DNA of 60,794 nucleotides, counting the filler, from a candidate division TA06 bacterium SM23_40 (lineage in GTDB: Bacteria > LJUI01 > SM1-40): the NCBI GenBank assembly GCA_001303705.1. It is 6 parts of 6 records of this genome, joined end to end, with 100 filler letters (N's around TTAATTAATTAA, not from the genome) between each part and the next. Parts side by side here need not be neighbours in the genome. Positions count along the whole stretch, not along the records: positions 51,313 to 60,794 come from LJUI01000095.1; 5 more parts are not named here. One strand, 5' to 3'. Under the pieces are notes generated by a model, which had not been told where the DNA came from, ran no database searches, and saw nothing but the letters and a program-made list of their open reading frames with translations. Positions 52,227 through 60,794 of this stretch are shown here, one piece after another. The position numbers were made by a program, and so were the translations under genes. Numbering within the stretch: position 1 is the first letter of the stretch; each line of letters begins with the position of its first letter.

Positions 52227-53113
52227 TCTGATACTCCGGCAGTTCTGGCCTTCGACTCGAGCACCGGCCGTGGATCGATCTCATGGAGGTCGAAGTGCAT
52301 CACGCTCTCGGGAAGATCGAGAGCGAACGCGAGGACCTGCGTAAAATAGAGAACCGGCAGTCCGCTGAACTCCCGGTCTATACGCAGTACGTCCCGCTGG
52401 CGCCGATCGAGATTGAAGTGACAGACAGGACAGCTCGTCACGATGATATCTGCGCCCCGCCGCACCGCCGAGCCGACGATCCGGCGAGTCCGCTCAGCCA
52501 CGAGGTCGATATTGCTGACCGTCTGATAGGAACCGCAGCATTCTGTGCGATAGGGGTCGACAATGACATCGGCCCCGACGCTCTCCATCAGATCTTCGAG
52601 AATATGGGGGTCCTCAGGGTCATCCAGGCCCAACTCGCGCGGGCGGAGAAGTAGACATCCGTAGTAGGGAGCGATGCGGAGCCCGGCCAGCCCTTCACCC
52701 ACCCTGGCGGCAATTGTATCGAAGCCGATCTCATCGCGCAGGACCTCGAGCAGGTGGAGAACCTCCACGCCCCCCTCATAGTCAGGCTCCTCATACATGA
52801 ACTGGTTGATCTTCTCCCGCTTCTCCTCATCTCGACGGAACAGGGCATTGGCCGCCTTCAGTGTCCCGTAGCAGAGTGAGCACATCGTGACCACCCGATC
52901 AGCGCCCTGCTCCTGAACACGAATGAGATTCCTGATTGGAGCCAGTTGCTCCATCAAGTTGTCGCCCGCCAGGCAGGCGACGACGCCGCAGCAGTTCCAC
53001 CGCTCGAGCTCTTCGAGCTCGATGCCCAGGGCAGCCGCGCTCGCGAGGGCGCTCTCTTCAAGGTTTTTGGCGGTCGTCTTGACGGTACACCCGGGATAAT
53101 ACGGAATCCTCAT
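52223..53113 (-). CDS. hdrB: Heterodisulfide reductase subunit B
   Basis: YYPGC, WNCCG, YYGCLLLRP, ECCG, SCPVC (two CCG domains). Confidence 0.93.
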   Translation of the reverse strand: MRIPYYPGCTVKTTAKNLEESALASAAALGIELEELERWNCCGVVACLAGDNLMEQLAPIRNLIRVQEQGADRVVTMCSLCYGTLKAANALFRRDEEKREKINQFMYEEPDYEGGVEVLHLLEVLRDEIGFDTIAARVGEGLAGLRIAPYYGCLLLRPRELGLDDPEDPHILEDLMESVGADVIVDPYRTECCGSYQTVSNIDLVAERTRRIVGSAVRRGADIIVTSCPVCHFNLDRRQRDVLRIDREFSGLPVLYFTQVLAFALDLPESVMHFDLHEIDPRPVLESKARTAGVSE

Positions 53114-53182
53114 CCCTCTCCCTCGCTATCATAGACGCCTATTCGACTCTCGCCGGTCAGCCAGCCCCGACTCCTCGATCGT

Positions 53183-53590
53183 TCAGCTCGTGAGCTTGCG
53201 GAACCCGGAGACGAGGGCGGCCTGCGGAAGATCCTCGATCATCTCGTCGGGCAGTTCGGCGAGCTTTGCATGGTCGATGTTCTGTCGAAGGATGATCTGG
53301 CGCACCGCCTCCATGATCCTCGTGAGATCGACACCCTTCGGGCATCGCGACTCGCACGTGAAGCAGGAGGCACAGGCCCAGATCGTCTTACATCGCAATA
53401 CCTCATCGACCTGGCCCATCTGCAGCAAGCGGATCACCTGATTGGGAAGCAGATCCATGGCCTCGATCCCTGGACAGCCCGCAGAACACCGACCGCATTG
53501 ATAACAGGCGTACACGTTCTCGCCGCTCAGCTCCTCGATCCTGGCGACGATATCGTTCTTCAACTGCTCAGCATCCAGACTCGTCCTCAT
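53183..53590 (-). CDS. hdrC: Heterodisulfide reductase subunit C
   Basis: CYQCGRCSAGCP and IWACASCFTCESRCPKGVD. Confidence 0.92.
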   Translation of the reverse strand: MRTSLDAEQLKNDIVARIEELSGENVYACYQCGRCSAGCPGIEAMDLLPNQVIRLLQMGQVDEVLRCKTIWACASCFTCESRCPKGVDLTRIMEAVRQIILRQNIDHAKLAELPDEMIEDLPQAALVSGFRKLTS

Positions 53591-53618
53591 CCGTCAGTTC
53601 CCTTGTACACGCGCAATG

Positions 53619-54182
53619 CTAGGCAGTCGCACGCTGATAGCGTGCAATCCCTTCGCTGTACAGATCGCCACCCTTCACGTCATTGGCAACGATGACGGGC
53701 AGTTCCTTCACCTCGAGCTCCCGTATCGCTTCCGCTCCCAGGTCTTCGTAGGCCACGATCTTGGCGCCGACGATCGCTCTCGCAATCAGTGCTGCGGCGC
53801 CACCGGTCGCAGCGAAGTAGATCGCTTTGTGCTTTATCATCGCGTCTCTAACCGCCTCAGACCGCGGCCCCTTGCCGATCATCCCCTTCAGGCCGCGAGC
53901 GATAAGCCTGGGGGCGTAGGAGTCCATCCGATAGCTCGTCGTCGGACCTGCTGACCCGATGACCTTCCCCGGCCTGGCAGGTGACGGACCAACGTAGTAT
54001 ATGATCTGCCCTGCCAGATCGATGGGCAGTTCCTCCCCGCGGTCGAGAAGCTCCACCAACCGCTTATGGGCGGCGTCCCGCCCGGTATAGACGATACCGG
54101 TGATGAGTACGCGATCGCCGATCGTGAGTCTTTCCGCATCCTCGTCGGTCATGGGTGTCGTCAACCGAATGACCTCAGACAT
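53619..54182 (-). CDS. Class I fumarate hydratase (tartrate dehydratase family) beta subunit
   Basis: SD GGAGG then MSEVIRL; TGRDAAHKRL, GPTTSYRMD, IGKG, DLGAEAI. Confidence 0.92.
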   Translation of the reverse strand: MSEVIRLTTPMTDEDAERLTIGDRVLITGIVYTGRDAAHKRLVELLDRGEELPIDLAGQIIYYVGPSPARPGKVIGSAGPTTSYRMDSYAPRLIARGLKGMIGKGPRSEAVRDAMIKHKAIYFAATGGAAALIARAIVGAKIVAYEDLGAEAIRELEVKELPVIVANDVKGGDLYSEGIARYQRATA

Positions 54183-54498
54183 GCCTCCCTCCTTGAGCCT
54201 ACTGTGACTCGGCGCACAGTCAAAAGGCCCAGCGCATGCCATCCTGCCCGCTGGACCATGTCCGGACACGCATACCGTCCGTTCTCGTTCGATCCGCTCG
54301 GCCTGGGCTTGCCCCTCGTCGCATGCAACCATGCTGCCGCCGAGGCCCGGCCGGACGACCATGCGATCCCGGCAGAGCCCGTGCATCGTCCTGCGAGCAT
54401 CTCCCTCGTGCAGCACGTCGAGCTGAGGCGGACCATTCCGCTCGCAGTCTCAGCATCGCAGGTCGTCGCGCGCGCCACATCCTTTCCGCGGTCCGATC

Positions 54499-55344
54499 TC
54501 AGATCTCGACCTCCTTATGGCGCGCGGAATGGCAGTTGATGTTGACCGACGCGGGCATACTCGCAATATGACAGGGAAACACCTCAATGTGTACTGCCAG
54601 TGCAGTCGTGCGGCCCCCCAGGCCCATCGGGCCGATCCCCAGCGCGTTAATCCGTTCCAGGAGCTCCGCCTCGGCGGCGGCAAAGCGAGGATCGGGATTC
54701 GGCTCACCGAGCGGCCGTAGTAAGGCCTTTTTGGATAACAACGCGCACTGCTCGAAAGTTCCCCCTATTCCTACACCTACGACGATCGGGGGGCAGGGAT
54801 TGCCCCCTGAGCGCTTCACCCGATCGACGACGAAGTCCTTGATTCCCTCCAGGCCATCGGCGGGCTTCATCATCCGTACCTCGCTCATGTTCTCGCTTCC
54901 TCCACCCTTCGGCGCCACGACGATGTGAATCTTCTCCCCGGGGACGATGCGCGTGTGTATGACCGGTGGAGTGTTGTCTTTCGTATTTGTGCGGTCGATG
55001 GCCGGATCCCATACGATCGACTTCCTCAGGTACCCCTCGCCATACCCCTCTGCCACTCCCCTGAAGAGTGCCTGGTTGAGGTCGCCTCCGACAACATGTA
55101 CGTCCTGGCCCAGATCGACGAACAACACGGCAAACCCGGTGTCCTGGCAGAGTGGGACCCGCTCCGTCCTCGCGATCTCGGCGTTCTGTAGTATCTGCTC
55201 CAGGATGTCGCGCCCGGTAGGGGACTCCTCAGTATCCTTGGCCCGACGCAGGGCAGCGAGAACATCATCGCCGAGGTCGAAGTTTGCCTCCTGACACAGC
55301 GTCTTCACCGCCTCACTGATCACATCGATATGGACCTCACGCAT
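54499..55344 (-). CDS. Class I fumarate hydratase alpha subunit
   Basis: PLCQDTG, KGGGSEN, NPCPP, GIGPMGLGG, CHIAS, CHSARH. Confidence 0.93.
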   Translation of the reverse strand: MREVHIDVISEAVKTLCQEANFDLGDDVLAALRRAKDTEESPTGRDILEQILQNAEIARTERVPLCQDTGFAVLFVDLGQDVHVVGGDLNQALFRGVAEGYGEGYLRKSIVWDPAIDRTNTKDNTPPVIHTRIVPGEKIHIVVAPKGGGSENMSEVRMMKPADGLEGIKDFVVDRVKRSGGNPCPPIVVGVGIGGTFEQCALLSKKALLRPLGEPNPDPRFAAAEAELLERINALGIGPMGLGGRTTALAVHIEVFPCHIASMPASVNINCHSARHKEVEI

Positions 55345-55464
55345 CGCCGTAACTCCTCGTCCCCTTCACCATGGGTTATCTCGTTCGTTTCCCTCTCCCG
55401 GCCGCGACGTCCTCCTCCGTGTCGCTGCTGCTGCACGCCGATCTCCTCCGCCGAGATCACGCAA

Positions 55465-55734
55465 TCACGAAGAGGCAGCGGCCACAGGCACGACACTCAC
55501 ACAACGCCTGGTGCGGCTGACGCGCTCGAAATCGACGAGCCCATCGATGAGAGCGAAGAGCGTATGATCCTTCCCCATGCCCACGTTCTGACCGGGATGG
55601 ATACGGGTCCCCCGCTGCCTCACGATGATCGCACCAGCACTCACCAGCTCTCCCCCGTAGTGCTTGACGCCGAGACGTTTCGACTTCGAATCCCGACCGT
55701 TGCGAGAACTCCCTGCACCTTTCTTGTGAGCCAT
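55465..55734 (-). CDS. rpmA: 50S ribosomal protein L27
   Basis: [24 protein letters not shown]. Confidence 0.97.
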   Translation of the reverse strand: MAHKKGAGSSRNGRDSKSKRLGVKHYGGELVSAGAIIVRQRGTRIHPGQNVGMGKDHTLFALIDGLVDFERVSRTRRCVSVVPVAAASS

Positions 55735-55810
55735 CTTGTCATTCCTCCAGACTGATACATCGATGATCTATTGTCGAACTGAGCCCGATCTCCTCGACCT
55801 CATCTCGAGT

Positions 55811-56296
55811 CTATACTATTCCTTCCTTTTTCCTGGCGGACCGATCGGCTCCCCTCTTGTCCGTGCCGGCCGTTCGCTTGCCGAGCAAGCCACTCCTCCT
55901 GCCGCGGCGACGGGTCGCAGAGGCCTCCTCCTCTGCCCCGGACTCTTCTTCTGACGAAGCGGCAGGCGCGGCCTGACGGCTACCCGGCCAGACGATGTCC
56001 GTTACCATGAGTTTTGTATACGGCTGGCGATGGCCCCGCTTGCGCCGGTACTTGAGCCGGCGCTTCAGCTTGAAGACCACTACCTTGTCGGCCTTTCCCT
56101 GGGCGAGGATGGTGGCCTTCACCTTTGCCCCGTCCACGCGAGGACGGCCGACAACCACATCCCGGCCATCTGAGACAAGCAACACATCGGACAGCTCAAC
56201 CTCGTTCCCCACCTCTCCATCAACCCTGGGGACGATGAGAGTCGATTCTTTCTCGGCGCGAAATTGCATGCCGCCTGTCTCGATTACTGCGTACAT
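55811..56296 (-). CDS. rplU: 50S ribosomal protein L21 with a C-terminal extension
   Basis: MYAVIETGG.Q, KVVVFK.KRR..YRRKRGHRQPYT. Confidence 0.95.
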   Translation of the reverse strand: MYAVIETGGMQFRAEKESTLIVPRVDGEVGNEVELSDVLLVSDGRDVVVGRPRVDGAKVKATILAQGKADKVVVFKLKRRLKYRRKRGHRQPYTKLMVTDIVWPGSRQAAPAASSEEESGAEEEASATRRRGRRSGLLGKRTAGTDKRGADRSARKKEGIV

Positions 56297-56397
56297 GCCT
56301 TATCTCCTGCCCTATGCCCTGTCTGGTCTGTGAAGACATCTTCGCACGGCACACCCGATCTGTGGGGGCGGCCCGGCATCAGGTGGTGGACGAGCGT

Positions 56398-56766
56398 CTA
56401 CTGGCCCTCCTCACCCTCGGGCTCGACTTGCTCCAGTTCCAGACTCGGCGCCACGGCTGGAATGCCTGTCTCTGCCGCCGGAATTTCCTGGCCCCTCTGG
56501 ATCTCCCGCTCAATGGCGCTCGTCGCCGGGCCCCTGTGCGCCGATAGCCACGCCAGTGTCGCCGAACTCACCATGAACAGAATCGCCAGCGCTGTCGTCG
56601 CCCTCGCCAGGAGCGTGGCAGCCCCGCGGCCGCCGAAAACGGTATCGCCCCCTCCTGCGCCGCCGAAGGCACTGGCCAGGCCCGCGCCCTTGCCGCTCTG
56701 AAGGAGAACGACGAGCATGAGTGCAATACAGATCAATACATGGATGCCGATGAGCACGCTGAACAT
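56398..56766 (-). CDS. secG: Preprotein translocase subunit SecG
   Basis: [31 protein letters not shown] before ATG 56766. Confidence 0.92.
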   Translation of the reverse strand: MFSVLIGIHVLICIALMLVVLLQSGKGAGLASAFGGAGGGDTVFGGRGAATLLARATTALAILFMVSSATLAWLSAHRGPATSAIEREIQRGQEIPAAETGIPAVAPSLELEQVEPEGEEGQ

Positions 56767-56866
56767 CGAACGCTCCTTATCTGGATCTACATCTGGATCT
56801 TCCTGGTTTGTGAGTACGTTGTCGGCCTCCATCTCCCGGGGCCCCTCCAGACAGAGCCCCGCTCGC

Positions 56867-57625
56867 TCACGAAGAGGGAAACATGACGATGCGCCCGAAC
56901 GACTCCGCGTCGAGACTTGCCCCTCCCACGAGCGCTCCGTCGATATCCGGCTCGGCCATCAGGGAAGCCACATTGTCGGGCTTGACGCTGCCCCCGTACT
57001 GTATCCGGATCCCGTCAGCGATCGGCCCGCTCCAGATGTCAGCCAACACGGTCCTGACATGCTCATGCATGGTCTGCGCGACATCCGGTGTGGCGGTCCG
57101 GCCGGTGCCGATCGCCCACACCGGTTCGTAGGCGACGACGAGCACCTTCGTCTCCTGTTCCGTCAGGCCCGCCAGGCCATTGCGGAGCTGCCGCTCGACG
57201 ACTTCCCTCTCCTTACCGGCATCTCTCTCCTCGAGCATCTCGCCGACGCAGAAGATCGGCCGGAGGCCAGCACGGAATGCTGCCTTTACTTTGCGATGAA
57301 GGATCTCATCCTGTTCACCGAATATGTGTCGACGTTCGGAGTGCCCCACGATGACGTACTCGCAGCCCAGATCCCGCAACATCTCTCCGCTCACCTCGCC
57401 CGTGAACGCCCCCTTCGGCTCCCAGTGCATGTTTTGGGCTCCCAGCCGGATAGGGGAACCACTCAGGACCTCGGCCACGGCCGGGATCGCGGTGAATGGC
57501 GGACAGAGGAGCACTTCCCTGTCGGAGGCCGGGGCGATCCGCTCTCTGACCGCCTGCGCCAGTTCCCTCGCCTCAGCGGACGTCTTGTGCATCTTCCAAT
57601 TGCCAGCCATGAGTGGCGTGCGCAT
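56867..57625 (-). CDS. tpiA: Triosephosphate isomerase
   Basis: [35 protein letters not shown]. Confidence 0.97.
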   Translation of the reverse strand: MRTPLMAGNWKMHKTSAEARELAQAVRERIAPASDREVLLCPPFTAIPAVAEVLSGSPIRLGAQNMHWEPKGAFTGEVSGEMLRDLGCEYVIVGHSERRHIFGEQDEILHRKVKAAFRAGLRPIFCVGEMLEERDAGKEREVVERQLRNGLAGLTEQETKVLVVAYEPVWAIGTGRTATPDVAQTMHEHVRTVLADIWSGPIADGIRIQYGGSVKPDNVASLMAEPDIDGALVGGASLDAESFGRIVMFPSS

Positions 57626-57656
57626 CGCAGGGGCACCGCTCGTCGTTGGAAACCTG

Positions 57657-58850
57657 TTACTTGCTCAGGACGGCGACCCCGGGCAGTTCGCGCCCGGCAA
57701 GGTATTCGAGAGCTGCTCCGCCGCCCGTCGAAACGTGAGAGTATTTGTCGGTGAGGCCGAGCTTTGAGATCGCCGCCACAGTGTCGCCTCCGCCCACAAT
57801 CGTCGTGGCGCCGGCGGCCGTCCTCTCAGCCACCACGCCGGCAATGGCTCGCGTCCCATCCATGAACGCATCGAACTCGAATACGCCCATCGGCCCGTTC
57901 CACAGCACGGTCTTCGCATCGCGCAGCGCCTGGCTGAAGAGCTCGACAGTCCCGGGCCCGATGTCGAGTCCCCTCCACCCCGAGGGCATCGCATACCGGC
58001 TTACGATCTGGGAAGCCGCATCTTCGGCGAACTGATCTGCCACGACACAATCGATCGGAAGGAGGAACTTGACCTTGCCGCCCTCCATTTCGTCGAGCAG
58101 CTCACCTGCGAGTTCCACCCTGTCGGGTTCCACGATCGACTCGCCGATCTCCAGCCCCTGGGCCCTGAAGAACGTGAACACCATCCCGCCGCCCACGATG
58201 ATCGAATCGACGAGGCCCAGGAGATTACGTATCACCTCTATCTTGCCTGAGATCTTGGCTCCCCCCATGATCGCCACATACGGCCGTTCCGGGTTCTCGA
58301 CCGCACGGCCGAGGTACTGGAGCTCGGTCTCCATCAGAAATCCCACAGCCCTGTGCTCGAATCTCCCTGCAACGCCGACCGTGGAGGCATGGGCGCGGTG
58401 CGCTGTCCCGAAGGCATCATTAACGTAGACATCACCGAGACGCGCGAGCTGCTCAGAGAATGACTGATCGTTTTCCTCCTCCTCCGGATGAAACCGGAGA
58501 TTCTCGAGGAGGAGACACTCTCCGGGCTTGAGGTCTCGGGCGCGCCCCTCCACCTCGGGACCCACGCTCGCGGGCACGAACCCTACGGGCATGTCGAGGA
58601 GTTCTCCCAGCCGATCGGCAACAGGACGCAGGCTCAGTTCCTCGCGCACCTTCCCCTTGGGCCGGCCCAGGTGGGACATGAGGATGAGACTCCCCTTACC
58701 ATGTAGGATGTACCGGATCGTCGGCAGGGCGGCCTGTATGCGCGTGTCATCGCTCACCCGCCCCCGTTCATCGAGGGGCACGTTGAAGTCGACGCGCATC
58801 AGAACCTTCTTCGACTCGATGGGAATGTCGCGTACAGAGACCGCTCCCAC
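57657..58850 (-). CDS. pgk: Phosphoglycerate kinase
   Basis: RVDFNVP, SHLGRP, LLENLRF, DAFGTAHRAHAS, WNGPMGVFE, STGGGA. Confidence 0.97.
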   Translation of the reverse strand: MGAVSVRDIPIESKKVLMRVDFNVPLDERGRVSDDTRIQAALPTIRYILHGKGSLILMSHLGRPKGKVREELSLRPVADRLGELLDMPVGFVPASVGPEVEGRARDLKPGECLLLENLRFHPEEEENDQSFSEQLARLGDVYVNDAFGTAHRAHASTVGVAGRFEHRAVGFLMETELQYLGRAVENPERPYVAIMGGAKISGKIEVIRNLLGLVDSIIVGGGMVFTFFRAQGLEIGESIVEPDRVELAGELLDEMEGGKVKFLLPIDCVVADQFAEDAASQIVSRYAMPSGWRGLDIGPGTVELFSQALRDAKTVLWNGPMGVFEFDAFMDGTRAIAGVVAERTAAGATTIVGGGDTVAAISKLGLTDKYSHVSTGGGAALEYLAGRELPGVAVLSK

Positions 58851-58925
58851 GTCCGATACCTCCTCGCTCACCCCCAGTTCGGCAGCGTCACCGAGGGCGA
58901 CGCCCGGCCTCCGGTCCCACCCGGA

Positions 58926-60029
<1,104 letters not shown>

Positions 60030-60081
60030 CTAATATAGAGAAGAACCGATGTCCGCGTCAAGCAAAAAAAACGTCCCGGGA

Positions 60082-60792
60082 TCATGTTCTCCCCCTGCCC
60101 GTGGGAGGAGCGGGAGCCACGGCAACGGTGACGGCGGCCACAGAGCGCGCGCCAGCTTCAAGAAGCGCGGCTGCGCACGCGTCAAGGGTTGCCCCAGTGG
60201 TGAATACATCGTCGACGAGCAGGACCGATCGCCCCGAAACCTCCCCGGGGTCGCCGACCCAGAACGCGCCACGTACGTTCGCCAACCGCTCGTCCTGTGT
60301 GAGCTTCGTCTGCGTCCGCGTCGCCCGACGTCTTCTGAGAATTCTCGGGGTGCACGACCTCCCTGTCAGATCGGCGACTGCCTGAGCCAGGAGCTCACTC
60401 TGATTGTACCCGCGGTCGCGCCTCCGCGTCCGATGGAGCGGCACCGGGACGACGATCTCCGCCTGCCTGAGAATGTAGTCGGCGCGCACAACTCGCGCTT
60501 GCAGCACCCCGAGAGGCTGCGCCAGAGAGCGGCGATGACTGTACTTCAACAGCCGTATGGCCCGCGCAAGATCGCCCTCAAACAGGCCGTAGGCCCGATG
60601 CCGCTCGAACTGTCTGCCATGATCGGCGCAGATGGAGCACAGCCCGCCCCGCCATCCGCACGGCCGCGGCCCCGGGCGCGCGCAGAGACGGCAAAAGGGA
60701 GCGCAGGCCGGCGCCAGTCTCGTCAGACACTCCATGCAGACGGCAACCTCGTCTTCAGCCAGCCGGCGGCCGCAGAGAGCACATAACGCGGG
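60082..60792 (-). CDS. comF: ComF family protein (double zinc ribbon plus phosphoribosyltransferase); start lies outside the window
   Basis: Frame open to the window edge (PALCALCG...CMEC); VPVPLH..R...RGYNQS, LLVDDVFTTGATL. Confidence 0.9.
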   Translation of the reverse strand, partial: PALCALCGRRLAEDEVAVCMECLTRLAPACAPFCRLCARPGPRPCGWRGGLCSICADHGRQFERHRAYGLFEGDLARAIRLLKYSHRRSLAQPLGVLQARVVRADYILRQAEIVVPVPLHRTRRRDRGYNQSELLAQAVADLTGRSCTPRILRRRRATRTQTKLTQDERLANVRGAFWVGDPGEVSGRSVLLVDDVFTTGATLDACAAALLEAGARSVAAVTVAVAPAPPTGRGRT

Positions 60793-60794
60793 CA

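Noticed and set aside
54183..54416. 78-aa N-terminal extension of fumarase beta in the ORF track
   Set aside because: A clear SD and family-typical start lie at 54182.

Overview
High-GC bacterial sequence made of six separate contigs joined by artificial 100-bp spacers (N44-TTAATTAATTAA-N44), so adjacency across spacers is not biological. Gene content (FlgD-Ig/T9SS-type C-terminal sorting domains, lipoproteins, hdrCBA, two-subunit class I fumarase, Fe-ADH) suggests an anaerobic diderm, probably an FCB-group candidate-phylum MAG (inference). Contig 1: repeat/HEAT protein, LolCDE/MacB-type ABC transporter, aconitase, ferritin-like protein, CpoB-like lipoprotein, ldh. Contig 2: gltX 5' end, two tRNA-Ser, and a ~15-kb same-strand array of secreted mosaic proteins built from shared modules. 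Contig 3: an M14 carboxypeptidase split by a 13-bp duplication, whose signal peptide lies downstream in a 105-bp exact repeat, plus an orphan IS end and a radical SAM gene. Contigs 4-6 are mostly housekeeping: thrS-infC-rpmI-rplT-pheST-zapBA-6S RNA-rarA; serS-Mut7C-SpoIID-DGC-OPT-ADH; comF-gap-pgk-tpiA-secG-rplU-rpmA-fumarase-hdrCBA. No database searches were run; family calls come from motif recognition.
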